A DNA stretch of 64,000 nt, taken from the IMG/VR virus record IMGVR_UViG_3300033405_000003, one strand, 5' to 3'. The translations under genes were made by a program, and so were the position numbers. The stretch is from a virus. Taxonomy: Duplodnaviria > Caudoviricetes. How positions within the stretch are numbered: position 1 is the stretch's first letter; each line of letters opens with the position of its first letter. Of the stretch, positions 47,386-57,027 are shown in pieces. The notes beneath the pieces were generated by a model. It was not told the DNA's origin. It did not search any database and was given only the letters and a program-made list of their open reading frames with translations.

Positions 47386-47649
47386 TCATCGGCCCAATTT
47401 CTTGCGCACCCTCAGCCCGGGGATCTGTTGCGGCTTGGTGGGCGCGGGCTGCGGGGCCGGGCGCGGCGCCCCTCTGCCGAACCTCTTGAGCGTGTCCGTC
47501 GAGGGTTCGCCGGTCTTCGCGGTCGGCGCCGCCGGCGTGTGTCCTTCTTTCTCGGGGTGGCCTTTCGGCTTGCCGCACACCATCGGCATCTCGGTGCCGC
47601 CGATGACCATCTTCCCGAGCACTGCCCCGCAGATGTTTGCTGTTCCCAT
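47386..47649 (-). CDS. Small hypothetical protein
   Basis: GGAGG SD; CGA...CGKPKGH...H. Confidence 0.55.
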   Translation of the reverse strand: MGTANICGAVLGKMVIGGTEMPMVCGKPKGHPEKEGHTPAAPTAKTGEPSTDTLKRFGRGAPRPAPQPAPTKPQQIPGLRVRKKLGR

Positions 47650-47665
47650 CTTCCGTCCTCCTTCG

Positions 47666-50125
47666 TCACTGCACGACGAGTCGCATCTTGAAGTATCCGC
47701 CATCACCGGTGCCACCCGCGCCACCGTTGTCGGTCAAGCCCGAGCCACCCGCGCCTCCGCCGGCACCCGCGCCCGAGTTCGGGTTCGCGTTCCCGCCCGG
47801 GCTCCCTGGCGAACCTGCGGGGTTCGCGTTGCCCCCGGCCCCCGCTAAGCCGAGCGGGCCTGCGCCGCCTCCGCCGCCACCGCCACCCTCGCCCGCCGCG
47901 CTCGCGCCGCCAACGCCTCCCGCGAAGCGACCCGTCGGCAGCGGCGCTGGGCCTGATTGGAAATACGATCCTTGGCCGGCGGTGCCGCTTGTGGCTTGAA
48001 GGCCCCCGAGGCCTCCACCGGCTGGGAATCCAGACCCATAGGGCGCTGCGATGTCGGTCAATTTCGGGATGAACACGCCGGGACCGTAGTTCGCGCCGCC
48101 GTGGTTCGCGCCCGTCGCGCCAGTGCCTCCGCCGGCGCTCGAGCCCGTGAACGTGCCTACGATGATCCCTGCGGTCGTGTCCTCCGCGAACGCGGGCGAG
48201 CCGTCGACGCCGTTGCCGCCTGCCCCGGCTGGTGCGACGCCGGCCGATCCTCCTGCGCCCCCCGCCGGGACCGTGATGCTCAGGGCGTGCGAGAGGTTGA
48301 AGTCGAAGCTCCCGAACTGGTAGAGCGCGCCGCCTGAACCGCCGCCCCCGGATCCCGGGGCGGCCCCGCCGGCCGCGCCGCCTCCGCCACCACCCGTCGA
48401 GCCGTAGCCCTCGCAGTCGATCCGGATGGTGCCCGTCGTCGGGATCGTGCCGGCTGCCTGGAGCGCACCGAGCACGTTCAGCGTGGTGCCGGGCGTGTTG
48501 AACACGAGTTCGATCGAGAGTGGTTGGACCACGGCCGGCGAGGCGCCGTTCGCCTGCACGACGTCCGCAGGCCGGAGGCCCGCGATGGTGGCGCTCGTGC
48601 TCGCGCCGTCGAGGGTGATCGTGCCCGTGCAGTTCACGTTGTTCCAGTCGAGCACGGCCTCGACGACCGCGGGCGTCGGTGCCCCCCAGAGCAAGTGCAC
48701 GAGCGTTCGGTTCGTGTTCGCGCCGACGGCCGTGTTCTGCGCGATCCATGTCGTGGAATTCGTCGCCGCGGCGCTCGGCGCGGCCTGCACAGTCACCGTG
48801 CCGCCGAAGAACTGTGTGCCGCCGATCGTGATCAACAGGTTCACGCCCTGCGCGGTCAAGCCGCCGTAGATGGTGCAGTTGTCGAACGTCCAATCGTCGT
48901 TGCCACCCGTGCCGGCACCCATGATGGTGATGCCGCCGTTGAGGTCGCAGTCGAAGAACGTCCCCTGGACGTGCTGGTTCGCGCTCGCCGAGTAGTTGAG
49001 CGTCTGGGCGTTCCCGACGACGAGGTGGCTCATCCAGAACGTCGCGAAGCCCGACGTCGCCCATGACGGATCAAAGCCGATCGAGTTCACCGCCGCCGTG
49101 ATCTCGACGACGCCCTCGAACTCGGAGGTGTTCGCTCCCCCGGTGATCGCCACCCACGGTTTGACGTTGAAGGCTCCCGGGTACTCGCCTGGGGCGACGT
49201 GGACGATGTACCGCTTCGCGGATGACGCGTCCGTGATCGAGGAGAGCGCCTTCTGGATCGTCGCGAACGGCCACGCCTCGGTGCCGTTGCCTGCCGTGTC
49301 GCTGCCGTTCTGGTTGACGTAGAGGTCCTGGATGGCGAAGAACGCGGTGTTGAACCTGTCGGGGAACCCGTCGACCGCGCCGAGGATTTCCGATCCGGCG
49401 TTCGTGAAGGCGACGCCGGGGGCGAGGACGGGCCCTCCCGCGGCCTGATTCGTGTAGCCTGCAGTCCCAGCGTCGTACGAGAGTTCGAACCGGCCCGGTC
49501 CTTGGACCCAGGTGGGCGGGATCACGCCGGTCGCCGTCTCGAAGACACTGTCTCTCGCGGAGACGATCATGATGGCCCCGGCGGAGAGGCTGAAGAGTGC
49601 CGAGGCGGACTGAATGAAGACCTCGGCGAAGTTCTCCATGAACATGTTGAGCTGCTGGCCCGCGGGGACGACGCAGGCGGGCGTGGTCGCCGTCGTCGCG
49701 GTGCCGATGGCGGCGTTGTCCTCGACGAAGAGGATCGGGATGGCGTTGTCGCCGAAGGCCCCCACCGAGTAGTCGAAGTCGAGCGAGGGGACGGCGCCCG
49801 TGGGGTTGCACTGGAGGAAGATCGTCCCCGAGAGCTTGTAGAGGCCCTTGAGCGTCGCACCCGGGTCGATGGTGAGCGTCGAGAAGTTCGCGCCGTCCTG
49901 CCTGCGCGGGCGGATCTCAACGCGCCCCTGGCAGTCCGTCACGCCGGTCGACGCCGGGACGTTGCACGGCGCGATGCTGTCGTCGACGTACACGATGACC
50001 GCGCTGTCGCGCGCGGCGATGAACTTCTGGACCTGCGCCCAGGACGTGACGACGAGGTCGCTCGCCACGCCGCCGGCCTGGAAGATGATCGACGGTGACC
50101 GTGCGAGGATGGAATCGTGGCTCAT
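47666..50125 (-). CDS. Gly-rich fibre/spike-like protein
   Basis: GGAG SD; MSHDSILARSP; YVN..GSD..GNG....PFATIQKAL; Gly-rich C-terminus. Confidence 0.8.
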   Translation of the reverse strand: MSHDSILARSPSIIFQAGGVASDLVVTSWAQVQKFIAARDSAVIVYVDDSIAPCNVPASTGVTDCQGRVEIRPRRQDGANFSTLTIDPGATLKGLYKLSGTIFLQCNPTGAVPSLDFDYSVGAFGDNAIPILFVEDNAAIGTATTATTPACVVPAGQQLNMFMENFAEVFIQSASALFSLSAGAIMIVSARDSVFETATGVIPPTWVQGPGRFELSYDAGTAGYTNQAAGGPVLAPGVAFTNAGSEILGAVDGFPDRFNTAFFAIQDLYVNQNGSDTAGNGTEAWPFATIQKALSSITDASSAKRYIVHVAPGEYPGAFNVKPWVAITGGANTSEFEGVVEITAAVNSIGFDPSWATSGFATFWMSHLVVGNAQTLNYSASANQHVQGTFFDCDLNGGITIMGAGTGGNDDWTFDNCTIYGGLTAQGVNLLITIGGTQFFGGTVTVQAAPSAAATNSTTWIAQNTAVGANTNRTLVHLLWGAPTPAVVEAVLDWNNVNCTGTITLDGASTSATIAGLRPADVVQANGASPAVVQPLSIELVFNTPGTTLNVLGALQAAGTIPTTGTIRIDCEGYGSTGGGGGGAAGGAAPGSGGGGSGGALYQFGSFDFNLSHALSITVPAGGAGGSAGVAPAGAGGNGVDGSPAFAEDTTAGIIVGTFTGSSAGGGTGATGANHGGANYGPGVFIPKLTDIAAPYGSGFPAGGGLGGLQATSGTAGQGSYFQSGPAPLPTGRFAGGVGGASAAGEGGGGGGGGAGPLGLAGAGGNANPAGSPGSPGGNANPNSGAGAGGGAGGSGLTDNGGAGGTGDGGYFKMRLVVQ

Positions 50126-50147
50126 CGTTGGTTCTCCGTATTCCTGC

Positions 50148-53100
50148 TCACTGGACGACGATCGTGAGCTTGCCCAGGCCTGACCCGCCGCTCCCGCCCG
50201 GGCCGCCGTTGTTCGTGCCGGTGTTGGCGCCGGCTCCACCACCCCCGCCCGCGCCCGTGTTCGCCGCGGGCGTGGCGCCTGCCCCGCCGTCCGTCGCGGT
50301 CGAGTTGCCTCCCGCGCCGCCCGTCCCGAACGGGCCCGGGCCTCCGCCGCCTCCAGGCGCGCCGTTGCCCGCGACCGGGGTGCCGCCTGCACCGCCCGCC
50401 CACATCACGCCGCCGCCCGTGACGCCGAACGAGACGAGGCCGAACTGTCCCTGGAAACCCGGCACCCCTCCGCCCGCCGCGGCTTGACCGCCTGATGCCG
50501 GGAAGCCGCTCGAGAAGGGCAGCCCTCCTGAGTGTTGCGGGACGAGCGCAGGGTTCGGGCTCGGCGCCGCGTAGAGAGCTTGCCCGGGGTAGCTCGCGCC
50601 GCCGCGCCCGCCGGCGGCCTGGTCAAAGTACCCGCCGCTCGCCGCGTGGAGCGAAGCGAGCACGGTGTTCGTCGTGAAGTCTAGCGCGTAGGTTGGCCCC
50701 CCGTCGTTGCCGATCGTCCCGTTCGGCGTTGCGGGCGTGCCGCCCGTTCCGCCGGTCCCGCCCGGACCGACGACGACGTCGAGGCGGTCCGCGAGGTTGT
50801 GATCGAACCCGAGGTTATGGTAGAGCGCCCCACCGCCGCCACCAGCACCGTTGCCGGCCGCGAGGCCTTGGCCCCCTCCTCCGCCGCCGCCCCCGCCGCA
50901 GCCGTCGAGCGTCATCCTCATCGTGCCCGTCGTCGGGATCGTGCCGGCGGCCTGAAGCGACGAGAGGACGTTCGTCGCTGTCGTGAGGAACGTCATCTCG
51001 ATCAGGAGCGGTTGCACGACCGCTGGCGACGCGCCGTTCGACTGGATGACGCTCGCGGGCCTCAGGCCCGCGATCTTCGCCTGCGCGCTCGCGCCGTCGA
51101 GATTGATCTGTCCGACGCAGTTCGAGTTGCACCAGTCGAGCGCCGAGAGGTGAACTGCGGGCGTCGGCGCGGCCCAGAGCACGTGCACGTTCGTGGGCGA
51201 GAAGGCTGCGCCGACGGCCGTGTTCTGCGCGAGCCACGTCGTCGATTGCGTCGCGCCGGCTGACGGCGCCGCTTGGATCGTGACGGTGCCGCCCAAGAAC
51301 TGCGTGCCGCCGATCGTGAAGAGGAACTGCACGCCCTGCGCGAGCCCGCCACCGTAGACGAGGCAGTCGTCGAGCGTCCAGTTGTCGACGCCTCCCGTGC
51401 CGGCTCCGATGAACTGGAAGCCGCTGTTAAAGTTGCAGTCGAAGAAGGTGCCTTGGATCAGTTGGTTGGCGAGGGCCGAGTAGTTGAGCGTGAGCTGGTT
51501 CGAGAAGACGAGGTGGCTCATCCAGAAGACCGAGTACCCGCTCGTCGCGAACGACGGGTCGAGGCCGACCGCCCCGGCCGCCGCCGTGATCTCGGTCGTG
51601 CCCTCGAAGCCGGAGCTGTTCGGCATGCCGGTGATGGCGACCCATGGCTTGACGTTGAACGCTCCCGCGTACTCGCCTGGGGCCACGGCTACGATGTACT
51701 TCTTCGCGGATGACGCGTCCGTGATGGCGCCGAGGGCCTTCTGGATCGAAGCGAACGGGAAGTTCTGCGAGCCGTTGCCGTTGACGTCGCTGCCGCCGCT
51801 CGCATTGACGTAGACGGTCTGGACCGTCACGTTCGTTCCTGGGTAATTGTCCGGGAAGCCGTCACCGGCGAAGAGGATCTCCGTGCCGGCGTTCGTGAAG
51901 GCCACGCCCGGTGCGAGGACGGCGCCGGACGCGTTGGCGTTCGAGAATTGCGCGGTCGAGGCGTCGAAGTTCATCTCGAACCGGCCCGTTCCCTGGACCC
52001 ACGTGGACGGGATGCCGCCCAGCGCGCTCTCGAAGATGCCCGACCGCGCGAAGACTTCGAGGGTCGACGACGCTGCGGCGAGCTGGAACACGGCCGAAGT
52101 CGACTCGGCGATGATCGTACCGAAGTCTTTCATGAGCACGTCGAGCTGGTTGCCCGCGGGCACGACACACATCGGCTGCGTCGCCGTCGCGGCCGTTCCA
52201 AGGACCGCTTGGTCTTCGATGATGAGCGTGGGAAATGGCGTTCCCACGACGTTCGCGGTGTAGTCGAAATCGATCGACGGGACCGCCGTGGTAGGGTTGC
52301 CGATGACCCCGATCGTACCGGAGAGCTTGGCGATGCCCTTGAGCGTCGCGCCCGCGTCGATCTGGAGCTGCGAGAAGTTCTGCGCGTCCGGCCGGTACGG
52401 CCGGATCTCGAGACGCCCGAACCCGTCGGTCACGCCGCTCGACGCGGGGACGTGGGCTGGCGCGGTCCCGTCGTCCACGTAGAGGACGAATTTGCCGGTC
52501 GTCCCTTGGGCGGAGTTCGCCGCGATACCGTTGTACGCCTTGATGAGGGCCGCCACCTCGGGCCACGTCGCCACGAAGTCCCCCGACGACGGCGCGCCCG
52601 GCCGGTAGATGATGGAGCCCACGGTCTGCGGGTTCGAGCCGAAGGGGAAGAGCTGCGTCGTGCCGGTGAAGGCCGGCTGCGCCGGGAACACGAACGGTTG
52701 CTGAAGCTCGTTCGCCGTCGTGTTGTCGTAGACGACGTTCAGAATCCCTACTCCCGACACGAACCCGCTCGGGATGTCGCTGTTCGCGTACGCGTTGATG
52801 TTGAGCGTGGACGTCGCGGTCGGCAGGCTGACGAGCGGCACTGCGGGCGCGTTGAGTTCGATGAAGAATCCCGTCGCCGCGAAGAACCCCCACGTCCCGC
52901 CGAGGGGCACGACGACGGCCGGTTGCGTTGCGGTCGCCGCGTTCGAGAGGATGGCCTCGTTCTCGAACTCGAGGAACGGGCCGTTCGCGGTCGCCGTCCA
53001 GTCGAGCGAGGGCGTCGCGCTCTGGCAGTTCGAGCGCAGCTCCATGCCGTTCACTGTCATGAGGTTGCGGAGCGTCGCGCCGTCCTCGATTTGCAGGACC

Positions 53101-53348
53101 GTATAGTTGATGGAGTCGGAAGCGAACGGCCGAAGCTCGACGCGTCCCTCGCAGTCCGTGATCCCGCTAGCGCCCGGGACGAGCGCCGGCGACGTGATGC
53201 TGTCGTCGACGTAGACGATCACCGTTCCCTGCCGCGCCGCGATGAACTTCTGGACCTGCGCCCACGTCGTGACGACGAGGCCGCCCGCGGTGCCGCCGGG
53301 TTGGTAGATGACGTACGGCGATCGCGCGAGGATGGATTCGAAGCTCAT
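50148..53348 (-). CDS. Gly-rich fibre/spike-like protein (paralog)
   Basis: MSFESILARSP; two copies of IYxPG module. Confidence 0.85.
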   Translation of the reverse strand: MSFESILARSPYVIYQPGGTAGGLVVTTWAQVQKFIAARQGTVIVYVDDSITSPALVPGASGITDCEGRVELRPFASDSINYTVLQIEDGATLRNLMTVNGMELRSNCQSATPSLDWTATANGPFLEFENEAILSNAATATQPAVVVPLGGTWGFFAATGFFIELNAPAVPLVSLPTATSTLNINAYANSDIPSGFVSGVGILNVVYDNTTANELQQPFVFPAQPAFTGTTQLFPFGSNPQTVGSIIYRPGAPSSGDFVATWPEVAALIKAYNGIAANSAQGTTGKFVLYVDDGTAPAHVPASSGVTDGFGRLEIRPYRPDAQNFSQLQIDAGATLKGIAKLSGTIGVIGNPTTAVPSIDFDYTANVVGTPFPTLIIEDQAVLGTAATATQPMCVVPAGNQLDVLMKDFGTIIAESTSAVFQLAAASSTLEVFARSGIFESALGGIPSTWVQGTGRFEMNFDASTAQFSNANASGAVLAPGVAFTNAGTEILFAGDGFPDNYPGTNVTVQTVYVNASGGSDVNGNGSQNFPFASIQKALGAITDASSAKKYIVAVAPGEYAGAFNVKPWVAITGMPNSSGFEGTTEITAAAGAVGLDPSFATSGYSVFWMSHLVFSNQLTLNYSALANQLIQGTFFDCNFNSGFQFIGAGTGGVDNWTLDDCLVYGGGLAQGVQFLFTIGGTQFLGGTVTIQAAPSAGATQSTTWLAQNTAVGAAFSPTNVHVLWAAPTPAVHLSALDWCNSNCVGQINLDGASAQAKIAGLRPASVIQSNGASPAVVQPLLIEMTFLTTATNVLSSLQAAGTIPTTGTMRMTLDGCGGGGGGGGGQGLAAGNGAGGGGGALYHNLGFDHNLADRLDVVVGPGGTGGTGGTPATPNGTIGNDGGPTYALDFTTNTVLASLHAASGGYFDQAAGGRGGASYPGQALYAAPSPNPALVPQHSGGLPFSSGFPASGGQAAAGGGVPGFQGQFGLVSFGVTGGGVMWAGGAGGTPVAGNGAPGGGGGPGPFGTGGAGGNSTATDGGAGATPAANTGAGGGGGAGANTGTNNGGPGGSGGSGLGKLTIVVQ

Positions 53349-53366
53349 GTTCTTCCTTTCAATGCC

Positions 53367-54236
53367 TTACGGGATCGGCCCGATCTTCGCCGCGATGCGG
53401 TCGAGCGCGTTCGCCACGCTCATCGGTGCGACGCCGGACCAATTCGCGAGGTTCGCGGGCTCGTACGACGCGTTGCCCGCGTCCGAGCACGGTGACTGGA
53501 CCAACGTGCCCGTGAAGAGCGCGCTCGCGAGCGGCGGGACCGTGTCGTCGTTCTCCCAGAAGACCCTCGAGCCCGGGCCGCCGCCGATCTCGTTGCCCGT
53601 GACGAGGAACGTGAAGTTTGGCGCGGCCGAGTGCGGGTAGATGGTGGTCGTCGCGCCGGCGTCGGTCGCGATAACCGGGACCGTGGGCGCGTTCGAGTTG
53701 TCGAGCGCCCCGAGGAGCGAGAAGAGCGCGAAGCTCTGGTCGGCGGCCGTGATCCTGATCGCCGGGACGAGCGCGCCTGCGGCGAGGCTGATCGAGGCGA
53801 AGTTGAGGAGCAGGAACGAGCTGAACTCGTCGAAGGAGAACGCCTGCGTCGTCGCGCACTGGCAGACGGCCGTGAGGTTCTGCATCTCGGCGAAGTCGTG
53901 CAGGGTGGATCCATCCAGGATGGTGAAGACGAACCCGGCCCCCGCGTTGAAGGGGTAGAGGCTCGCGCACCCAAAGCCGTTCCAGTCGACGTCCACGTTC
54001 GCGGGGGCGATAGACGGGTCGATGAAGATGTTGACGGCCCCCTGCGCCGCGTTGAGAACGTCGCGCACGGCGGCGGCCGTCGTCACGACGTTGCCGCGCG
54101 CGACCCCGCCGGGGCGCCAGATCAGGTTCGCGACGATCGCGGCCTGGGGCAAACCAGGGACCGTGGGCCAGTAGTCCTGGCCCGGCACGACTCCTTGCTC
54201 GATGATGGGTGGCGGGGGGAAGATGTTGTTCGTCAC
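53367..54236 (-). CDS. Fibre-family protein
   Basis: GTG start; EQGVVPGQDYWP; Y.PA..ANW...P..VA.ALD.IA motif shared with 57028-58836. Confidence 0.75.
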   Translation of the reverse strand: MTNNIFPPPPIIEQGVVPGQDYWPTVPGLPQAAIVANLIWRPGGVARGNVVTTAAAVRDVLNAAQGAVNIFIDPSIAPANVDVDWNGFGCASLYPFNAGAGFVFTILDGSTLHDFAEMQNLTAVCQCATTQAFSFDEFSSFLLLNFASISLAAGALVPAIRITAADQSFALFSLLGALDNSNAPTVPVIATDAGATTTIYPHSAAPNFTFLVTGNEIGGGPGSRVFWENDDTVPPLASALFTGTLVQSPCSDAGNASYEPANLANWSGVAPMSVANALDRIAAKIGPIP

Positions 54237-54247
54237 GATAGCTCTCG

Positions 54248-55201
54248 TCAGTTGTTCTGCTGGTAGGCGTACTCGGCGATGTCGATCTGGCCGATGGTCG
54301 TCGCCCCGTTGCCAACCGCGTACGCGCACCACATCGCGAGGAACGCATTGTTCGCCGGGAAGTTCGCGTTCACCACTTGCGTGACGCTCGCGCCGGTGGA
54401 GAGATTCGTGAGGACCACGTTGATGCTCGCGCCGTTTGGGACCGCGGTGAGATCGAGCTGCCAGAGACTCGTCGTGTCGAGAGCCATCGTCGGGCCGAGG
54501 TCGAGCACCGTGGGCGGCGTAGCGCCGTTGCCGGTGGAGTGAATGAGCTGCCAGTTGCCGGCGAACACGCCGGGCGCCGCGGGCGTCTGCGTGAACCCGA
54601 CGCCGATGGACGCGATCGTGAGCTGCGTGGTCCAATCCTGCGCGGCGCCTACGCCGCTCTGGGCGATGAGGCCCGCGAGCATGCGGACGAGTGTGTTTGC
54701 CGGGGCAGCCTCGAACCCGAACTTGAGGCGCATGTTGAACCCGCCGAGCCCCGCCGCATTGCCGCGCCACACGGTCAAGAACCCTGTCCCGTCGAAGACG
54801 CCGTTCGTCGTCGCGCCTGAGCCGATCGCGTTGCGGAACTTCATGCTCTTGGTCGACGTGAGCAGCGATCCTGCCGACGGGCCCGTGGCGACCACGCTGC
54901 CCGATTGGTCGAGGGTGCAGTTGCACATCCCCTCGATGAGCGTCGCGCCGTTCGTCGTGCCGCCCCAGTACTCGAAGCGGCCGAGCGTCTTCACCGGCGA
55001 CGCGGCGAAGTTCGAGAGCGACTCGAGCGTGACGAAGTCGTTCAGGCCGGCTGGGTCTGCGCCGCGCACGTTGACGAAGGCGCTGTTCGTGGAGTTCTTC
55101 CCCTCGAGCGCCCCGGCGTTGTCGTTCCAGCCGGAGCCGCTCGGCCCTCCGATCTGGAAGAACGATGTGACGACGCCGGCTATGCGCGAGAAGAGGCTCA
55201 T
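54248..55201 (-). CDS. Structural paralog family protein
   Basis: MSLFSRIAG...FFQIGGP. Confidence 0.8.
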   Translation of the reverse strand: MSLFSRIAGVVTSFFQIGGPSGSGWNDNAGALEGKNSTNSAFVNVRGADPAGLNDFVTLESLSNFAASPVKTLGRFEYWGGTTNGATLIEGMCNCTLDQSGSVVATGPSAGSLLTSTKSMKFRNAIGSGATTNGVFDGTGFLTVWRGNAAGLGGFNMRLKFGFEAAPANTLVRMLAGLIAQSGVGAAQDWTTQLTIASIGVGFTQTPAAPGVFAGNWQLIHSTGNGATPPTVLDLGPTMALDTTSLWQLDLTAVPNGASINVVLTNLSTGASVTQVVNANFPANNAFLAMWCAYAVGNGATTIGQIDIAEYAYQQNN

Positions 55202-55205
55202 GGTT

Positions 55206-56168
55206 TCATCCGTCGAAGAGTTCGACGTAGAGGTTCGAGACTTCCCACTGCGTCGTGCCGCTCGTGCCCGCGGTGTCCGAGGCCGCGTGGATCGCCGGGA
55301 CCATCAGCGTCGCCGCGGCGGGCTCGTCGACCGTGACGGTCCCGGAGGCCGTTGTGCCGAGCGTCAAGTCGTTCAGCGTCCACGTGATGTTCGCGCCGGC
55401 GCCCGCGCAGTAAAGGATCAGCTCCATGTAGTCGTTGAGGTTGACCGGCATCCCCGTGTTCGTGAGGTTGTTCGCGGCGCCGTTGCACGCCGAGATGAGC
55501 CAGTTCGTCCCCGCCGGGACGCCGCCCGCGGCTGTCGCGGTGAAGCTCTGCACCGCCATGACGCGCGAGACGGTGGCGTCGACCGTGTAGTCGACGAAGC
55601 CGGGCGACCCGGCGAAGTTCCCCGCGCCGACGTGGAAGAAGATGGTCGCGCCGCTGATGAGGGACGTGAGCGCGAAGCGCAGGACGCATTTGAATCCGCC
55701 GACCCCGGGGGCGTTGCCGCGCCACATGTAGAAAGCGGTCGACCCTTCCCAGACGCCGAGCTGCGAGGTGTTGCCGGAGCTGACGGAGGTCCGGAGCCGG
55801 CGCGTCGCCGCGAGCTTGGTCGTCCCCGCGGGATTCGGCAGGGTCTCCGTTCCCGCGACCGATATCGTGCCGAAACCGGAGGCGGCGCCGGGCGCCGACG
55901 TCACGCCCGATCCGTTGAAGAAGATGACCTTGTGGTTCTGGAAGTTCGCGTAGGCGAGGCCCGCGACGAGCGGCTGGTTCTGCAGGTACTCGAGCGTGAC
56001 GACGTCGTTCGCCCCCACGGGGTCGGCCGCACGGAGGATCGCGAAGGCGCTGTTCGTCGAGTTCTTCGCCTCGAGCGCCCCTCCGTTGTTATTGATGCCG
56101 GCGCCGCCAGGCCCTCCGAATTGAAAGAAGGACGCGACGGCGCCGGCGATGCGCGAGAACAAGCTCAT
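55206..56168 (-). CDS. Structural paralog family protein
   Basis: MSLFSRIAG...FFQFGGP; shares WRGNA.G.GGF with previous gene. Confidence 0.8.
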   Translation of the reverse strand: MSLFSRIAGAVASFFQFGGPGGAGINNNGGALEAKNSTNSAFAILRAADPVGANDVVTLEYLQNQPLVAGLAYANFQNHKVIFFNGSGVTSAPGAASGFGTISVAGTETLPNPAGTTKLAATRRLRTSVSSGNTSQLGVWEGSTAFYMWRGNAPGVGGFKCVLRFALTSLISGATIFFHVGAGNFAGSPGFVDYTVDATVSRVMAVQSFTATAAGGVPAGTNWLISACNGAANNLTNTGMPVNLNDYMELILYCAGAGANITWTLNDLTLGTTASGTVTVDEPAAATLMVPAIHAASDTAGTSGTTQWEVSNLYVELFDG

Positions 56169-56190
56169 CGTCTGGCCGGTGGCTCCATCG

Positions 56191-57006
56191 TCACGGGTTC
56201 GGGGTCGCGACGTACTGGACCGTCACGGTGGCGGTGCCCGCCACCGGGGCCCCCGCGATCGTGACCTGCACGACGCTCGTGGCGTTGTTGTTCGTCACCT
56301 GCGGCGCGTCATACGTGGCGACGACCTGCGGATCGTTGTCCGTCGCCGACATCATGAGGTTCGGGATCGTGGTCGATCCGATCTGGATCGTGGCGCCCGG
56401 CGAGTAGGCCGTCGTCACGTTGAGCGTGGCGCGCAGGATGGTAGCTCCGACAGGGATGCTCGTCACCGAGTCGGTGGTGGCAGCGGTCGCAACCCCGAAC
56501 TGGATCACCTGCACCGCACCGGGCGTCGCCGTTGCGGGATTCACCCATGCGGTGCCGTTCCAGATGTAGTTCTGGAACGCAGTGAACGAGATGGTCCCGC
56601 CCGAGAAGTTCGCGTTCGGGACGATTTCTCCGCCCGACGGTGCCGGGATCACCGTGGCAGTGCCCACTCCCGTACCGTTGTCCCAGACGAGGTCTCCGAT
56701 CGACGCGGTCGCGCCCGTGGTCGTCACGACGTAAAAGTGCTCGGCGGCGCTGTTGGCCGGGAGGGCGGTCCCGCCGTTGAACTGCGCTGAGACGATGATC
56801 GGCGTGAAGTTCGTGTCGACGTACTGCTTGGTCGTGAGATCCTTCGGCACGACTGGCGCGGCGCCGCGCACGTTGACGTCCGTGGTGTTCGTCGGGTCCT
56901 TGGCTTCGATGGCCGTGGCACCGACGTCGGCCCAGCCCGCTCCGCCGGGACCCCCGATCTGGAAGAACTGCGACATCGTGCCGGCGAGGCGTGAGAAGAG
57001 GCCCAT
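56191..57006 (-). CDS. Structural paralog family protein
   Basis: MGLFSRLAG...FFQIGGP; DLTTKQYVD. Confidence 0.8.
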   Translation of the reverse strand: MGLFSRLAGTMSQFFQIGGPGGAGWADVGATAIEAKDPTNTTDVNVRGAAPVVPKDLTTKQYVDTNFTPIIVSAQFNGGTALPANSAAEHFYVVTTTGATASIGDLVWDNGTGVGTATVIPAPSGGEIVPNANFSGGTISFTAFQNYIWNGTAWVNPATATPGAVQVIQFGVATAATTDSVTSIPVGATILRATLNVTTAYSPGATIQIGSTTIPNLMMSATDNDPQVVATYDAPQVTNNNATSVVQVTIAGAPVAGTATVTVQYVATPNP

Positions 57007-57027
57007 GATTTTTCTCTTTTCTTGAGG